The position numbers and the translations under genes were made by a program. The notes under the pieces are model-generated. The model was not told where the DNA came from. It made no database searches and worked only from the letters and a program-made list of their open reading frames with translations. A DNA stretch of 64,000 nt from Eledone cirrhosa (lineage: Eukaryota): the NCBI GenBank assembly GCA_964016885.1, contig OZ024742.1:92194001-92258000 (forward strand), in the 5' to 3' direction. Shown here piece by piece: positions 28,820 through 43,920 of this stretch (position 1 is the stretch's first letter; each line of letters begins with the position of its first letter).

Positions 28820-31800
28820 TTATACTTCTCTTAGGTCAGTGTTGTTTGTTTGGGTGTTGTTGTAATTCCATTCATTTTTTCTGATTACCCTTGGCCTTCT
28901 AAGTTCTATTTCACTGGCCTCTCTGATTTGCCTATCTGCTGGGTCATTTCTATGTTTAGATATTATTCTAATTTCTATGTTGTCTATGTTACCGTCGTAT
29001 TGTTGTCTGGCATGTTCGTATAGTACTGAACCGTTTTTTCGTCCTTTTAGTTCCCCCCAGTGTTGGTCTATCCTTTCACCTATGCTACGAGCTGTCTCGC
29101 CTATGTATGTTGTTGTCATGTTTCTGCAAGTACCCTCTGTACATCTTATGCTGTAGACTACGTTTCTAGTTTTATAGTTTATCCGGGGGTTTACCTTACA
29201 TATGATACATTTCCTATTAGTACAGTGGGTTTTCTTAAAAGGGTAGGTTTTGCTGATCAGGGATTTTATGGTGGTTCCTGGCTTTTCTACGACCTTAATC
29301 TTTAAGTGGGTCTTTCTCAGGGCCTTTCTACACTGGTTAGCTAATTTCCCTCCAGGGGTAGCGTGCACAAGCATGACACTCTGGTATCTCTGGTTGTCGT
29401 ACCATGAGGTGGCTTTCCCTATCTTATGTCTAGCCCTATCTAAGCTATTCCATGAATTGCTCCTGTATAATGGGCAAATGTCCAGTTCTATGAGGGTCTT
29501 ATACTTCTCCGTGGCTTCTTCGTATACTCTGATTCTGTCTCTTTGGTTGTAGCCAGAGAACTGCATGCGGTTGATGAAGTGTTGGATGTCTTTCCATTTC
29601 TGTTGGGTCGCACATGCGGGACACGTTCTTCATCACTCGTACCAAGTCTGCGATCAGAATATTAAACTTAGCACTACTGGACATTGCTGAGTTTTTGAGT
29701 ATCAGGTATTTGGAGGCCATGGGTTTAGCATAGTGTGAGTGGAGAATTTGGGCTCTCTCGTCTATAGTGTTAATCAAGAGTTCCGTGTCTAATACAGGTA
29801 GTCTATTGTTAGGGTGTTTGGAAGGGTAGTCGATAGTTACAGTTATACTCTGCTGTATGGAATTAGCTATCTGCTGGATGCTTTCCATTGTGCTACGTTC
29901 TAAATCAAACTTGCTAGTGCTCTCTTGTGGGGATGTTCTTATAACTATATTGATATCGTCTACGTAACGAGAGTACATGATGAGGTCTACGGAGCTCTCA
30001 TTAAGGAGATCTTTAAGTCTCCTTTCCCACCATACCATAAAAAGGTTGACAACGTCACCAGCTATGCTGACGCCAATGGCTGCTCCCTCATTTTGGGTGT
30101 AGATCTTCTCGTTGAACTTGAATATGTGGCCCTTTAGGGTAGTGTTGATACTAGCCCCTATTGCATGTGGGACCATTTTTTCTTACCTGATCATTGTTTT
30201 GGGGGGTCCATATAGCTTTGATCCACCCAATCCACCTTCCCATGGGAGTCTTTTTAACCATTGAGGTTATGGTGGGGGGTCTACCTCTTATGGGTCTACT
30301 GGGGCAGAATCGTCTAAGGTCATGGCTGTCTAGGTAGTCAGTGTCGTAAGTAAGTCTAAGTAGGAGGCCCAGTTCGTCTGTGTCGACGTCGCAGAATTCC
30401 ACCTCACTCTCAATGATCATCTCCACACATTTTTCCACAGCAAAATCAATGTTAATGGATGGGTACAGTGATACCACATCCATGCTGCTTATTATGCAGT
30501 TGGATAGGTTCCTGTTTTTGTTGCACTCACTGATTCTGCTGAGGAGGTCCTCTGTACTGTCACATATATCTGGGGACATCTTGATTATGGGGCGTATAAC
30601 CATTGAGAGGAAGTAGGAGATCCTGTAGTTGCTAGCTATATTTGCTCCGCATACGGGTCTTGTTGGTGGTCCTGTTGTCGGGTCGTCGACTATCTCAAGG
30701 TCTTTGCGGAGCCCATACAAGGGTGGTATGCCATTGTTAGACGCCTGGAAGTTGTTGGCAGTGCGTCTGCTTGGCTTTAGGATGTCGGTCCACATCATCA
30801 TGTGAGCGTTGAGGATTTTCTCTCTCCCATCATTTATTTGCTGTGTAATTTCGCTCGTGTTGGTGATGTGGGGTTGCATAGCCTTGATGTAGTTCGGCAT
30901 GCTATCTATTGACATCCTACCAGACTTATCCGTGGGTAGACATACTACCTCACCATCCCTTGTGCGCTGCTTGAGGCTAACCAAGCCTTCTACAGGTTTC
31001 CTCCCAAGTTGTTGGACCTCTGGTCTGCTCTGTTTCTTAGTATACCTGTCTACTATTTGTCTAATCTTATTTCTAGCTATGGTGAACTGAGCCTCTGTCT
31101 CGTCATCTATTTGTTGTTATATGCAAACTCTTTTATTAAAGGGTAACCTCGTAGGATAGATATTACCCATCTTATATATTTTGTCAGCTGGGTTGAAGAA
31201 TAGTTTCTCTAAGGGGTTGTCTTTATATCTATCGTCATATTTGCGTGTGTTGCTATTATTGTTATTATGGTGGTTGTTGTTGTTCCTATCATTAGCATTA
31301 TTATTATTGTTATGATTGCTAGATGTATTGTTGCTGTGATTGTTGTTTTCTTCACCGTTATTGTTGTTACTGTTATTTCTACCATTGTGGTTGTTACTTT
31401 TATTATGTTCCTTGTTTTTGTTGTGTCTATCATTAATGTTGCTACATGTATTATTTCTATTATTACCACTGTGGTTGTTATTGTTGTTATTCGTATTGTT
31501 ACCGTTATTGCTACTGTGGTCGCTGCTGCTGTGTCTGTAGTTAATGTTTCTATTATTATTATTATTGTGGTTGTTGTTGTTGTTCTGTCTATCGTTAATA
31601 TTATCACCATTATTACTATTTCTTACTCTCCTGCTATTGTTATTGTTATGACTATTACTATTATAGCTGTTATTTCTATACTCAGAGTTATTGTTTATAT
31701 TACTACTACCGTTATTATTGTTGTTGTTGTCCGTATAGTTGTTGTTGTTTACTTTTGCATTCCAACGTATTTTTGTGAAACACTTTTCCAGCTCCGTTTT

Positions 31801-32389
31801 GCACTCAATAGGGTTAATCTTTTTGTAGATGGCACATTTTGATGGTAGCTGCAGGATTTGTTGTTCTTCTTCACTGATTAAAGTGTTCCCATAAATATTT
31901 ACTGTGTGGTCATTGGTAAATTCTTCCGGTAGTTTTACATCAGTCATACGGATATTGTTGATGTTATCTGGGTATTTTTGAGAATATTCTATTTTCCTTT
32001 CTTCTAGTTTTTTCTTATTCATCCATTCTATTGAAATGCCTATTGCATTCGTTTCGGGTGTATTTCGTTTCACGTCGGATGACGCTCATGAAGTCATCCC
32101 TTTCGTTTGGTGTGTTGAAATTTCGGACTTCCTTACCTTTAATGCGTTTCTGTCTGTAAAGTTCGTTGACTTTTGTGTATGTTGTTCTTTTCATATTAAC
32201 TGTTATTGTGTGTTTTAGTCGTTCAGCTTGTGTTTTGTTCAATAACAAATTATTTACTTGTTTTGATATGTTTTTTGTGTATATTTTGGAGAAAACACAG
32301 TGTTTTAAGAAGCGGATTTGTTCTGTTGTTATTGTAGTTTTTATATAACAGAAAACAGTGTCTTTCAATAACCTTTTAGCTTGGCACAT
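28820..32389 (-). pseudogene. PLE polyprotein (N-terminal domain, poly-Asn tract, RT, GIY-YIG), frameshifted into at least 5 ORFs
   Basis: LPTDKSG, PTRPVCGA, SMDVVSLYPSI, GAAIG, YSRYVDD, LPVLD, Cys linker, VVYSIRC..YIGETARSIGERI..H. Confidence 0.9.
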
Positions 32390-32550
32390 TAGATTTAATA
32401 ACAGAACACACTCAGTTTGGTTGGTTTTCGCTTTTCGCTTCTGTGTCTTTTATATCGGTAATTTAATTTATTCGGTCCTCAATGTTGCCATTGACTGACC
32501 AACGGTCAAAAACACAGATACAATATAGACACAAACACATATATATAGTT

Positions 32551-32594
32551 TATCAAAGTTCTTTCGTTACACATCTGCAACATCGTCAGTGGTG
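32551..32594 (-). ncRNA. Hammerhead-like motif in the 5' pLTR (also at 28508-28551)
   Basis: cacca CTGACGA t gttgca gatg tgtaac GAAA gaac TT tg. Stems I and III are weak. Confidence 0.55.
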
Positions 32595-33064
32595 CTATTG
32601 TTTCCTCCCGTTACATTGTAAACCAAACAGTGAGTGTGTTCTGTTATTAATTCTGGCAATATTACACAAATATGACCCTCCCCAAGTATAACAATATTTG
32701 TTTCGACACAAGATTTCATATCAAAAACCTCGCAAAACTATATATATATATATATAGTTATTAATAAACGAAATATTGAACATCAACATCTATGCCCCTC
32801 TCTCTCTCATTCGTCGTCGTAACTTACAGAGTACTAACTGTTACATATACATATATATCTATGAAAAATCAATGTTGTCTCTGATCGAGAGAAAGCGAGA
32901 ATGTATTTGAATAGATATAAATGCAGACCCCACAGCTTGAGGTCCGCTCTCCCATTATTTTCTTCTTTTTCTTGTCCTTCCATCCGTATCCTTTGTTTGT
33001 CCCACACACATCATACCAAGAGAAAGAATTTTTAAATGGTACTCTCAATTAAATTGTGTGATGG

Positions 33065-33173
<109 letters not shown>

Positions 33174-33466
33174 TGGATCATTTGTAAAATACCTTCTAAA
33201 TTTGAACGGTGATTGTTATCAGTTGCCCTTTAGCTCGAAGGTTAGACTACTCAGTAGGTATTTGAGGTTCCATTGCTTGTAGCGACCGTTGGCCACTTTT
33301 TTCTATCTATAAGTGGTCTTTACCCGATTTTCTAAGTTGATTATAACAACCAAATATGTTTACAATTATCCCCCCCCCCCCTCTTCTCTCACTCAATATA
33401 TATACTTCCACCAACCTAATATAACTGTGTACAATTGCCTCCTGTGTTTTGTTCGATCATTTCAAC

Positions 33467-33559
<93 letters not shown>

Positions 33560-35063
33560 TGTAACATTTGTTATATATTTTCATTTAGATTGCTGTTTCC
33601 CTTACGGCACCAGTGTATAAAACATGAATATCCCATTTCCTGTTAGATTATTTAATATACTTCATAATTATATGAAGTATATATAAATGTTGGGATAGGT
33701 AATTGAGTAAAATCATATCTAACTACGCTTTCAATTGAATTGCGCAATGTTTTTTATAGCTACATTTTTTCCTTATTTCGTCACTGAAACACAAATTGGT
33801 TTCTATTCCTAGTTGTTAAATCAGTTAATTGGCTCTAGTTTCTCTTGAATGCTACGACAACACTGATGCCAAGCTGTGTCGACATTTGTCTTTCACTTGG
33901 ACAACATCATTGACATGGACCATGTAGACTTGCATGTTTAGCTGACTGGTGGTCTTTTCCACAAAACAGCTTGGTAGGTTTGTGACTTGGAGAGGAACTG
34001 TAAAGGTTCAAATCTATGACCAATGGGAACCTTTATCTCGAACGAACTTATCTAAGATCAATTTTAGTATTTGTAATTCTAGTTGGCTTTACCAATTCAA
34101 AGTGAGATTAAGGATTTCAATATGGGAATTTACAACTTAGATGTGAAAATAGCAATTTGAAAATGAGATTAACACAAAACTATTTGACTGTGATATATTG
34201 AGTAACAAGCAGAGCATGAAATAACGTCGTAATACTGACTAGTTTAAATATAAGGTTTTAATACTTTAGTAATGATGTTAAAAAAGCCATTGATATATTT
34301 TCAAGTACAGCAGTAGCACCGATTCACAGTCATAACCGTTTATGAGTTGACAGCAAGCAGAGCAGCGTTAGAAACTTAGATCTTATTTGTTCAATATACA
34401 CTATGATTTACAAAAACAGTGTTTAAAGAATAATCTGTAATGATTAGGTGCCGCACTATGCCTTAAGAAACCGTTTATGCAACGATTTTAGTGGCCACAT
34501 AATCTGTCAGGTTTTATCAATGCAATAAATCAATAGAAAAATAATTATTTCGATTTTTCTATTGTATTTAAGAAAGAGAGGTCTTTCCGTTATAGTTTGT
34601 TTTAAAATCGTATGCTCCAACTAATAAAGTTTGCCTATTATATTTTCTCCATGTGAAGATAAGTTATGTATTCTTGGTTAATTAAATGACGTAATCTTAG
34701 GTTTTGTTTAAGCGGTATGAGATCATTAAGAATACGTTATTCTCACTTTAAAGTGGTATGGTTTAATTTGAAGTGATATGTCCTCATTTTGAAATATATA
34801 TTCTCACTTCGATCTGATGTATGCTCACTTTGAACTCGTTAGGTTCACATTCAACTAATATATCTTCTCTTGGAATTACAATTATTGTACATTTCGCCCT
34901 TTTCTATTCGGATTTAATGAAGAGAACATTATCAAATGTATCCATTATTTTTGTAAAGATAGACAGGCAATTTAGTTGTTATTTCTAGCAAGTAGTGTCT
35001 TCAGGTAAAGGTTCCACTGTTCTCCGTATGAATACGTCTCTATATATGCTACGTGTGGATATG

Positions 35064-35109
<46 letters not shown>

Positions 35110-35376
35110 GTTGTGTAGGTTCTGTTATAGTACATGGGGTTCAGGACAACTCTTCCAAACATTGAATTTATTACTCGCTGAATGTGTTCTACGGATAGTT
35201 ATACATAATTATATGTTATTCTGAGACTAATGTGACAAAATAAGTCTGATGAAAATTAATATCCAATATAAAAGAAATGCACGTATCTTTACATGATCAG
35301 TTCTCTTCTTTTGAACATACGATTGTTTACATGACCAAATTGTCAATAACATTGTTCTGTGTTTGATTTTAATACG

Positions 35377-35476
35377 TAGTGTCTTGGGCAAATATCTTTT
35401 ACCATTGACATAGTGTCTTGAGCAAATATCTTTTACCATTGACATAGTGTCTTGAGCAAATATCTTTTACCATTGC
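35377..35476 (+). repeat. ~34-bp tandem repeat, 3 copies
   Basis: tagtgtcttg(g/a)gcaaatatcttttaccattgaca repeated, within an apparent SINE remnant. Confidence 0.85.
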
Positions 35477-36162
35477 CTCTAGTAGACCAAAGCTTTGTGA
35501 GTGAAATTGAACATACAGGTACTGTTTAGAATCTCGTTGGATAAACTTTGCCTGTAATTTTCCCCAAAATAGACCCATCCTTCTAACTCGTTGTATCATA
35601 TGGATCTTTCTGAGAATTACGTTACAAGTACAGGTACCTTTGGCAAGCTGAATCACTTTCACGTTAATTTCACGTGCAGGTTATTCCGGTCAGCAGACAA
35701 TTAGAACATTTGGTGTCTGAAGCGGTGATGGGACTTTTACCTGTCTGTAAATAATGGAATATTCAAGAGGTGTCGGAAAGAAAAGAACTATTGTGGCAAG
35801 CGTACATATTCTATTTCTGCATGAAGGATTGGACACACCAGCGACGAGGATGGATACAGGGTTATACAGAGAGTACTTCAGAAAGTGCTCTCGGCGCCAA
35901 TAACTGAATATATTAACAACATAGAGTACATCTAAACTCGTCCAAATGAAGTATTATTCACTGAAATTGGTCTACGAATAATCATACATTACACACACAC
36001 ACCCGCTGCACACACGTACGTAAATGCGTATGTATGTATATATGTATGCGTGTATATATGTATGTATTTATGTATACATATATATATATATGTGTGTACA
36101 TACATGTACATCTTTGTGCGTATGTATACACGTGTGTGAGGGTGTATAACCGTGCGTAAGTG

Positions 36163-36245
<83 letters not shown>

Positions 36246-36547
36246 GTATGAATGTATCTGTGAGTGCGCGTAACAGAAGTGTTGGCGTGTGCTTACATCA
36301 GTAAATGGAGATTGGCGATGTGGTTGTTGTTTGTGAGGGAAGCAATAGAAAGCCAAGCTGCTTTAGGAATGGCCTTGGCTGTTAATATGGAAGTAATTGC
36401 TTGTATTCAGTGTTCAGTATTTGCTCCAATTTCACTTCCTTGTCGAAATGACTCTGCCGCAAAAAAAAATATTTCAATTACATCTGTTTTCATACTTTGA
36501 CACTATATCTTACTTCCTTAATAATCAACTCACTCTTGCGTGATTAC

Positions 36548-36607
<60 letters not shown>

Positions 36608-36775
36608 GGTGATGTTAGTGTCTGTGTGTATATTTATGTCTATACATACCTACATACATACATAATTAGTGTGGGGTGTGGAAGGGAAATGAAACTATAG
36701 TTTCAAAGAGCTGTTATAACTGTCCCCCGAGTCAATCAACTAATCCACATCTACTCTGTAAATAGCACCTCAGAA

Positions 36776-36819
<44 letters not shown>

Positions 36820-36842
36820 GTATTGATATGCAAACAAGCAGT

Positions 36843-36890
<48 letters not shown>

Positions 36891-37013
36891 CATGCAATTA
36901 TTTGTTAGATGATCGTCATAATCTGAATAGAGTTAGAGGTGGTCTTAAGGATTTGGTTACTAAGTAGTCGCCCGAATTTTATATATATATTATATATATA
37001 ATTTTATATATAT

Positions 37014-37045
<32 letters not shown>

Positions 37046-37056
37046 ATATATAATAT

Positions 37057-37088
<32 letters not shown>

Positions 37089-37271
37089 ATATATATATAT
37101 ATATATGTATATTTTATATATATATATATAATATAGATATGTATATATATATATATATATAAATATATATAATATATAATATAAATATATATATATATAA
37201 TATAAATATATATATATAATATATATATATATTATATATATATAATATATATAATATATATATATATATTA

Positions 37272-37320
<49 letters not shown>

Positions 37321-37697
37321 ATATATTTATATATATATATATACATATATATATACATATCTATATTATTTTTATATATATTTAATAGGTCCGATAAAAA
37401 ATCTTCCACTTCATTTTCATATTTAATTTGGAATTTAAAAGACAACAATATAGACTATTCAATATCTTGGGGAATGATTTCGAAAGCACCTGCATACCGA
37501 AATATGGCTTTCTCAAGATTCTGTAACTTGTGTATCGAGGAGATTTTTTAAATAATTAACTGTCAAAACTCTATTAATCTTAAAACGGAATTATTTTCTA
37601 GTTGCAGACATCACCAAAATTCCACTTTCAGAAGTATATTCATATATTTCTTTCACTAATCTTCTCCTAATGCAGTTTATATATAATATCGTATTTT

Positions 37698-38070
37698 TTT
37701 AATGTATCATGGATTACGTTACTGATTACATAAGACAGTGTAACGCAGTCTTCGTTCAATTTCTGTTTATATTGTCAATTACGATTTTATTTGATGGTAT
37801 CTACATGTATATATACTTGCGTATAATATCAATATACACACTACACATGCTAGCAGATATATCATATGGTCTTTGTTTAATGTATCATGGATTACGTTAC
37901 TGATTACATAAGAGAGTGTAACACAGTCTTCGGTCAATTTCTGTGTATATTGTCAATTACGATTTTATTTGATGTATCATATCTACATGGATATATACTT
38001 GCGTATAATATCAATATACACACTACAAATGCTAGCAGAAAACCACCCGAAGGGTGGCTTTTCTACTAGC
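37698..38070. repeat. ~178-bp tandem duplication ending in a GC-cored hairpin
   Basis: aatgtatcatggattacgttactg at ~37701 and ~37879. Hairpin gctagcagaaaaccaccc gaa gggtggcttttctactagc at 38031-38070. Confidence 0.75.
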
Positions 38071-38451
38071 ATATATAATAGAAGTAGGATTTAGTTTCAA
38101 GCATAGCTGTATACAGATTTATATATATAGAGAGAGAAATTTCGTATTTCTAAAGAAACACGGTATGTTTACAGGTAAACATTTAGAAAACCGTAGCTAT
38201 GCAAAAGACTCCGCGGCATCGTCGATGCATTTCGGACTTAACTGGTCCTCGTCAGGACGATCCCTCCCACACTTGCGACTGTTGAACTTGAAACAGAGAT
38301 TAATCAACCCAATTACAGAGACGAGAAAACTATGTGTTCTCGACTGTTTTCAATACAAAAATGAACATTTATTGGAGGACCGTTGACCTTGTCCAAAATC
38401 ACCCCCATTCACCAAGCAAGCTGCACTGAAGAGCGACCTGATATATATTAT

Positions 38452-38505
<54 letters not shown>

Positions 38506-38528
38506 GTGCACACTCACACACATGCGCA

Positions 38529-38591
<63 letters not shown>

Positions 38592-38847
38592 ATATAAAAA
38601 TAACAAAAATAATAATGCTAATGTTATATAAATAGTTTAATCATTATAATTATTTCCACGGTTCTCCATGCAATCGAGAAGTGCTTCATGCATTTGTTGT
38701 TGTTATGAGAACGGTATCCTCAGATGAAAAAAAACGATTTAGTGATATGCTGCCGGCAGGAAAAATCTCAATCGTAACTAAAAACTACGAATGTTGACAG
38801 CTTTCTCCTGCTTGTTTCTGCTTTTACCAAAACATTTTATTTGGAAC

Positions 38848-38899
<52 letters not shown>

Positions 38900-39121
38900 T
38901 TATATATAAAAAGAGTAAAAGATGAGTTTTATATAAATCTGTAGGTTGATATATAAATAGTTATGTATGTAAGTAGATAGGTAAGTTGGTAAGTAGGTTG
39001 GCAGGTAGCTAGGTATATATGTTTGCATATATGTTGGTAGGTAGGTAGGTTGACATGTATGTAGATAGTAAGATAGGTAATCGAAAAGGTATATAGAAAG
39101 AAAGATAGATAGATAGATAGG

Positions 39122-39167
<46 letters not shown>

Positions 39168-39585
39168 TATTTCTTTATTAGCCACAGGGGCACAAAAGAA
39201 GGGGACAAATACAAAGGGGGAAGTTTACATACAATAGATAGATAGATAGATCACATGCTACGTGAGTTCATCACATTATTGAAAACAGCTAACACAATTA
39301 GATTACTTCCATTAGACATAAAATAGCAGTCCTGGTAACATTGGTTGGTAAAAGGATTAAAAATAGAGCGTTATATAATAAGGATCACCATTCACGCAGA
39401 AACCCTATACATACATATTTTACGGTAATGTAATAAGGTCGTGTCTATCACGATTTGGGTTAAATATGCTTGCATGTCTTCATGTAAGTCTATGTAATAT
39501 CAGCAGGCTATATCGTCAGGTCTGATTGTGTATGTGAGTGTTGATATGTGGGTGCCACTGTGTGTTTATGGTGGAGACTTGTTTG

Positions 39586-39624
<39 letters not shown>

Positions 39625-39784
39625 GTGTGTGTCTGTGTTTGTTTGCGTGTGTGTGTGTTTTTATGTGTGTGTGCCTTTATGTATGTGCTTCTATTTATGT
39701 GTGAGGAAAAGAATTGACTGGGGAAAGAGGAAGCGAAAGAAGAAGAAGAAGAAGAAGAAGAAGAAGAAGAAAATTGAGTTAACA

Positions 39785-39820
<36 letters not shown>

Positions 39821-41721
39821 AGCAAAAAGTGAATGATTGCCATCAAAATGTAAGAAACTGAAAAGAAAGGTATTTTTAATTGCTTAATCGGAAGACGAAG
39901 GGCAGCACCCTTGAGCCTGTTCAGGATTTCCATGACTGGTGTGAAGGAAGGGTGATAGTGTTTTCAAACGGGGGACCTGACATGAATGTTTGCAACAGAG
40001 TGAACTCTATTAAATGTACACAAGGACCAGATGATGGTTTTACCCACAACCAAAAATAGGACGAGTATTTTCGACAGGTTTCCACCCAGTTGCCGTATAT
40101 AAAGTTTCATTTAAAAGGGATTGGTAGATTCGAGGCTTCAGTAGAGGTGAGTTTCAAAATCAGTCTTTTGACAACATAGGTTTGTTCGATTTGTGAAAGT
40201 GCGTGGTTTAGTGGTTAAAGTGTTCGACTCACGATCGTACAGTTGCTCTCTTTTTACTGTTTTTTTTCCTATTCTATTCTATCTCTTTATCTATCTACCT
40301 ATCAACCTATATTTTTTCCCATCATATTTATATACCTATCTAGCTATCCCTCCTATCCAATTAACTATTGATACGATGCATCTATCTATTTTTCTATCTA
40401 ACCATCCATCCATCCATCTAGCCAGTTAGCTAAGTGTTCATCCCATCTAATTAACTATTGAGGCTATCTATCCATCTATCTATCTACCTAACTACCCATC
40501 TACCTATCTATCTACCTATCTCTCTATCTATTTCACTATCAATCTAGCCGTCTTCCTCTCTTCATATCTACAAAGTCCTTTGTGATGTTTGTTCTGCTTC
40601 ACGTTAGGAATGCAGTAAACCAGACACTCGCATGTTTAAAATGTGTAACTAACGGCACCATTGCTAATAAATTGTCTAAATGGTAGAGAGATTATTTCGT
40701 ATACAATTTACTTTATTAAACAATAGAAGCTCTTCTTTGTAACATAGCAGTATGGCCGAAGACTGGAGTGAGCCTGCTTTGTATTTCAAACTTATCGTAT
40801 CTCATTACTAAACTAACAATTAAATACGTGACCTTGTGATTGTGAACCAAATTTCTTAACCTCTTAACCATTCAAACATGCTTTCAGAGTTACCCCCCTT
40901 TATGATCTGAGTTCAAATCCCGCCGAGGTTAACTTTGCCTTTCATCCTTACGGGGTCGATAAAATAAAGTACGAGTAATGCACTGGTATAATTGCTGGCC
41001 TGGTGCCAAAAGTAGAAACAATTATATTTATAATTGAAACTGTTATGTCACACTAAAAAAAAGGTTTTGGCTTCCCCTGTATCATAATTCTGGCAATAAT
41101 ATCTGTTGTCCACCACACTATCGACCCTCCATTTAACTGTAGCTAATCTTCGTTTGCTAAAGCAGCTTTTTGTTTTAATCTTTAATTTTTCAGAACTCGA
41201 AAAGGCCGTAGCAAGTAAGAGGTGTCAACCATCTCCACTGACCGCGACGTTTGTCAAAACAGCTAAACAAAAAGATGACATTACATAAGATAACTAAATA
41301 AATTGTTATCTAGTTTCTCATATATCTTACACCGAGTATTTTTAGTAGTAACTCACCTATTTTAATATGTATACAATGAATTAGAATTCGTCCTTCGCCT
41401 GTCAAAATGCCATTCCAGTAAAACACACCCAGATTCATTCGTTCAGTGTCATCCTATAATCTGTACTATAGGATATATAATATGCTTCTCTAATTATTAA
41501 TCATGACTGGACTTTACCAACGATTATGTAATTGGGATTTCGTCATAACGTGATTATCTAAAACAGAGGTGGGCGACGTTTTACATTCCATGTGCTAAAT
41601 GTCTCACCAATGAATTCAAATGTGTCATACAGATTTTGTATTACACGTTTAAATTATTTTATAAATTAGGTTACTATAGATATATAGATATATTTAGCAT
41701 TTTCACATGGTGCAATATTTT

Positions 41722-41749
<28 letters not shown>

Positions 41750-41752
<3 letters not shown>

Positions 41753-42255
41753 GTATGTATAGTATATTTGATAATATACTGTATGTTTAATTAAAAACAT
41801 TTTGAAGACCATTCGCTAAGAATTTTAATGTAGTGACTATGTCACTTACTTATTTTCGGCAAAAACAAAGGGGAGTAATCGACAGTCCTGCTTCTCGCGC
41901 GTTAGCGGTTATCAAGACTACTTGCCTCTTCGCTTCTGCCGAGAATTATAGAAACTGGATTCTTATAGAATTCAGAGCTGATTAAACAGAATGGTTATCG
42001 GTCCAGCAAAAATTAGGTATTAGTATTGGTGCTCTGAAATAGTGATGTATATATGAAAGTATGTATAGTATTGCCTCTTCGCTTCTGCCGAGAATTATAG
42101 AAACTGGTTTCTTTTAGAATTCCAGAGCTGATACTCTGAAATAGCGATGTATATGTGAATGTATGTATAGTATATTCGATAATATACTGTATGTTTAATT
42201 AAAAACATTTTAAAGACCATTCGCTATGAATTTTAAAGTAGTGATTATGTCACTT
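41750..42255 (-). mobile_element. Diverged relative of the 311-bp retrozyme family, partial tandem
   Basis: Shares ctgtatgttta..aaacattttgaagacc.ttcgcta, cttatagaat, cggtcc.gca.aaattag and tgctctgaaatagcgat with the 59331 array. Degenerate HHR at ~41875-41922. Confidence 0.75.
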
Positions 42256-42360
<105 letters not shown>

Positions 42361-43399
42361 GCCAACTAACAGAGAACGAAGGACAAACACGCACAGAGAT
42401 ATGAACTCTCCTCTCTAAATATATATGTAAAAACTAATAATTTTTCTCCCTCCTTTTATTATTTGTATAAATATGCAACATAACTACATTATGCATATCC
42501 GCAGTCGAGAAAGCATATAATGCTGAAACCGGTATTATTAAATGCGGAAATATCTACTTTATAGATAAATGTTTTGATATTATACTGAACGAATCTCTTT
42601 AGCATTTTCTACAGAAAAAATCTTTTCTCTCTACTATTTGTTTATATATATATATACAACCAAAATTAAAGATCTCATGTATGAGAATATGAGAAACATG
42701 TGCCATACCCCCTCCACCTGTAGAATAAGCTCAAAGATTCTAAGGAATAAATCTGAGCATTTATTAATATAAAATTAAAAATTGATTAACATATATATAT
42801 AAAATAAACACATCAAACAATTACAGGGGATATTTTTAAAGAGTGTAGACACACATAGTTACGGAGGTAACATATTGAAAATTAATGAGAACCTTGCAAT
42901 AATGATTAATCTCCTTTATATATATTCGATTAAAGATATTTCACCATTAATCGGTGAATCACCGATGTTAAATCTTGGATCATCGGCAAAGGAGATTTAA
43001 CTATCTATGATCAGACACTAAAAGCAAACCAGGAAACGACGACGAAAAGCACAGGTGGTTTTAAAAATACACATCGCCCCGCCGTCAGACCAGTGGCGTG
43101 AATAGGGTTATCAACATCTAGAAATAGCAGCCGAGTCCTTTCAACAGAAAAATCTCTACTAACAGAATATATAAGAGCCGTAAATACAACCAAAATTAAA
43201 TTAACGATGTCATGTCTGAGAATATCAGAAACATGCGCCATACCACCTGTAGGAGATTCTAAGGAATAAATCTGGGCATTTATTAACATTAAATTAAATT
43301 ATATATATACATATGTTACACACATATGTATATGTTATATACATATGTGCAAACATATGTGCTAAACACACTCCACCAGAATCTGTGAACAAAGCTAAG

Positions 43400-43920
43400 A
43401 GCAGAAAAACTATTATTTAAAAAAATCAACAAACTAAAACACTGCCACAGCAACTCACACATTCGATTGCTATCACACTGTTCGAATAAAAAGAATATAA
43501 TCTCCAACAATGCATGAAGATGATCATCAAAAACCAAAGAAAACCCGAGGAGGATTAGGCCATTGAGAAAACCAAACTCAATTCCAAAGTGTTCTTTTCC
43601 TTTGCAAACAAACACAAGTTCACTGTTGGCCCACCGATTGATGAAAATGGCACTCTCCAAGACAATGCTAAAACCTTGGATGAGATACTGCAGAAAGAAT
43701 ACAGCTCTGTTTTCAGTAATCCTGATATGGCTGATCTGGGCTGTATCAGTGATGTTAATCCCCAACATATTATATCTGACAAAACGTTTCGCGTCCCTGA
43801 TGTCTCGGCCACAACACAAAAATTAAATACATCTCAGCAGTAGGCTCCGATAGATTCTCTGCTAGTGTCTTGAAGGTGTGCCCACACCAACTTGCACTGC
43901 ATTAACGTCAACTCTTATTA
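43400..43920 (+). mobile_element. LINE (CR1/L2-like) ORF2 fragment
   Basis: FFSFANK..VGPPIDENG...EILQKEYSSVFS and a downstream PD...VLK.C..LA pattern, typical of the EN-RT linker. Confidence 0.6.

Larger units (their letters stand above)
28303..32697 (-). mobile_element. Near full-length Penelope-like element (possibly Neptune-type) with direct pLTRs and an inverted 5' tail
   Basis: pLTRs at 28351-28577 and 32396-32620. 32621-32697 is inverted to 28303-28379. Internal RT and GIY-YIG. Confidence 0.92.
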
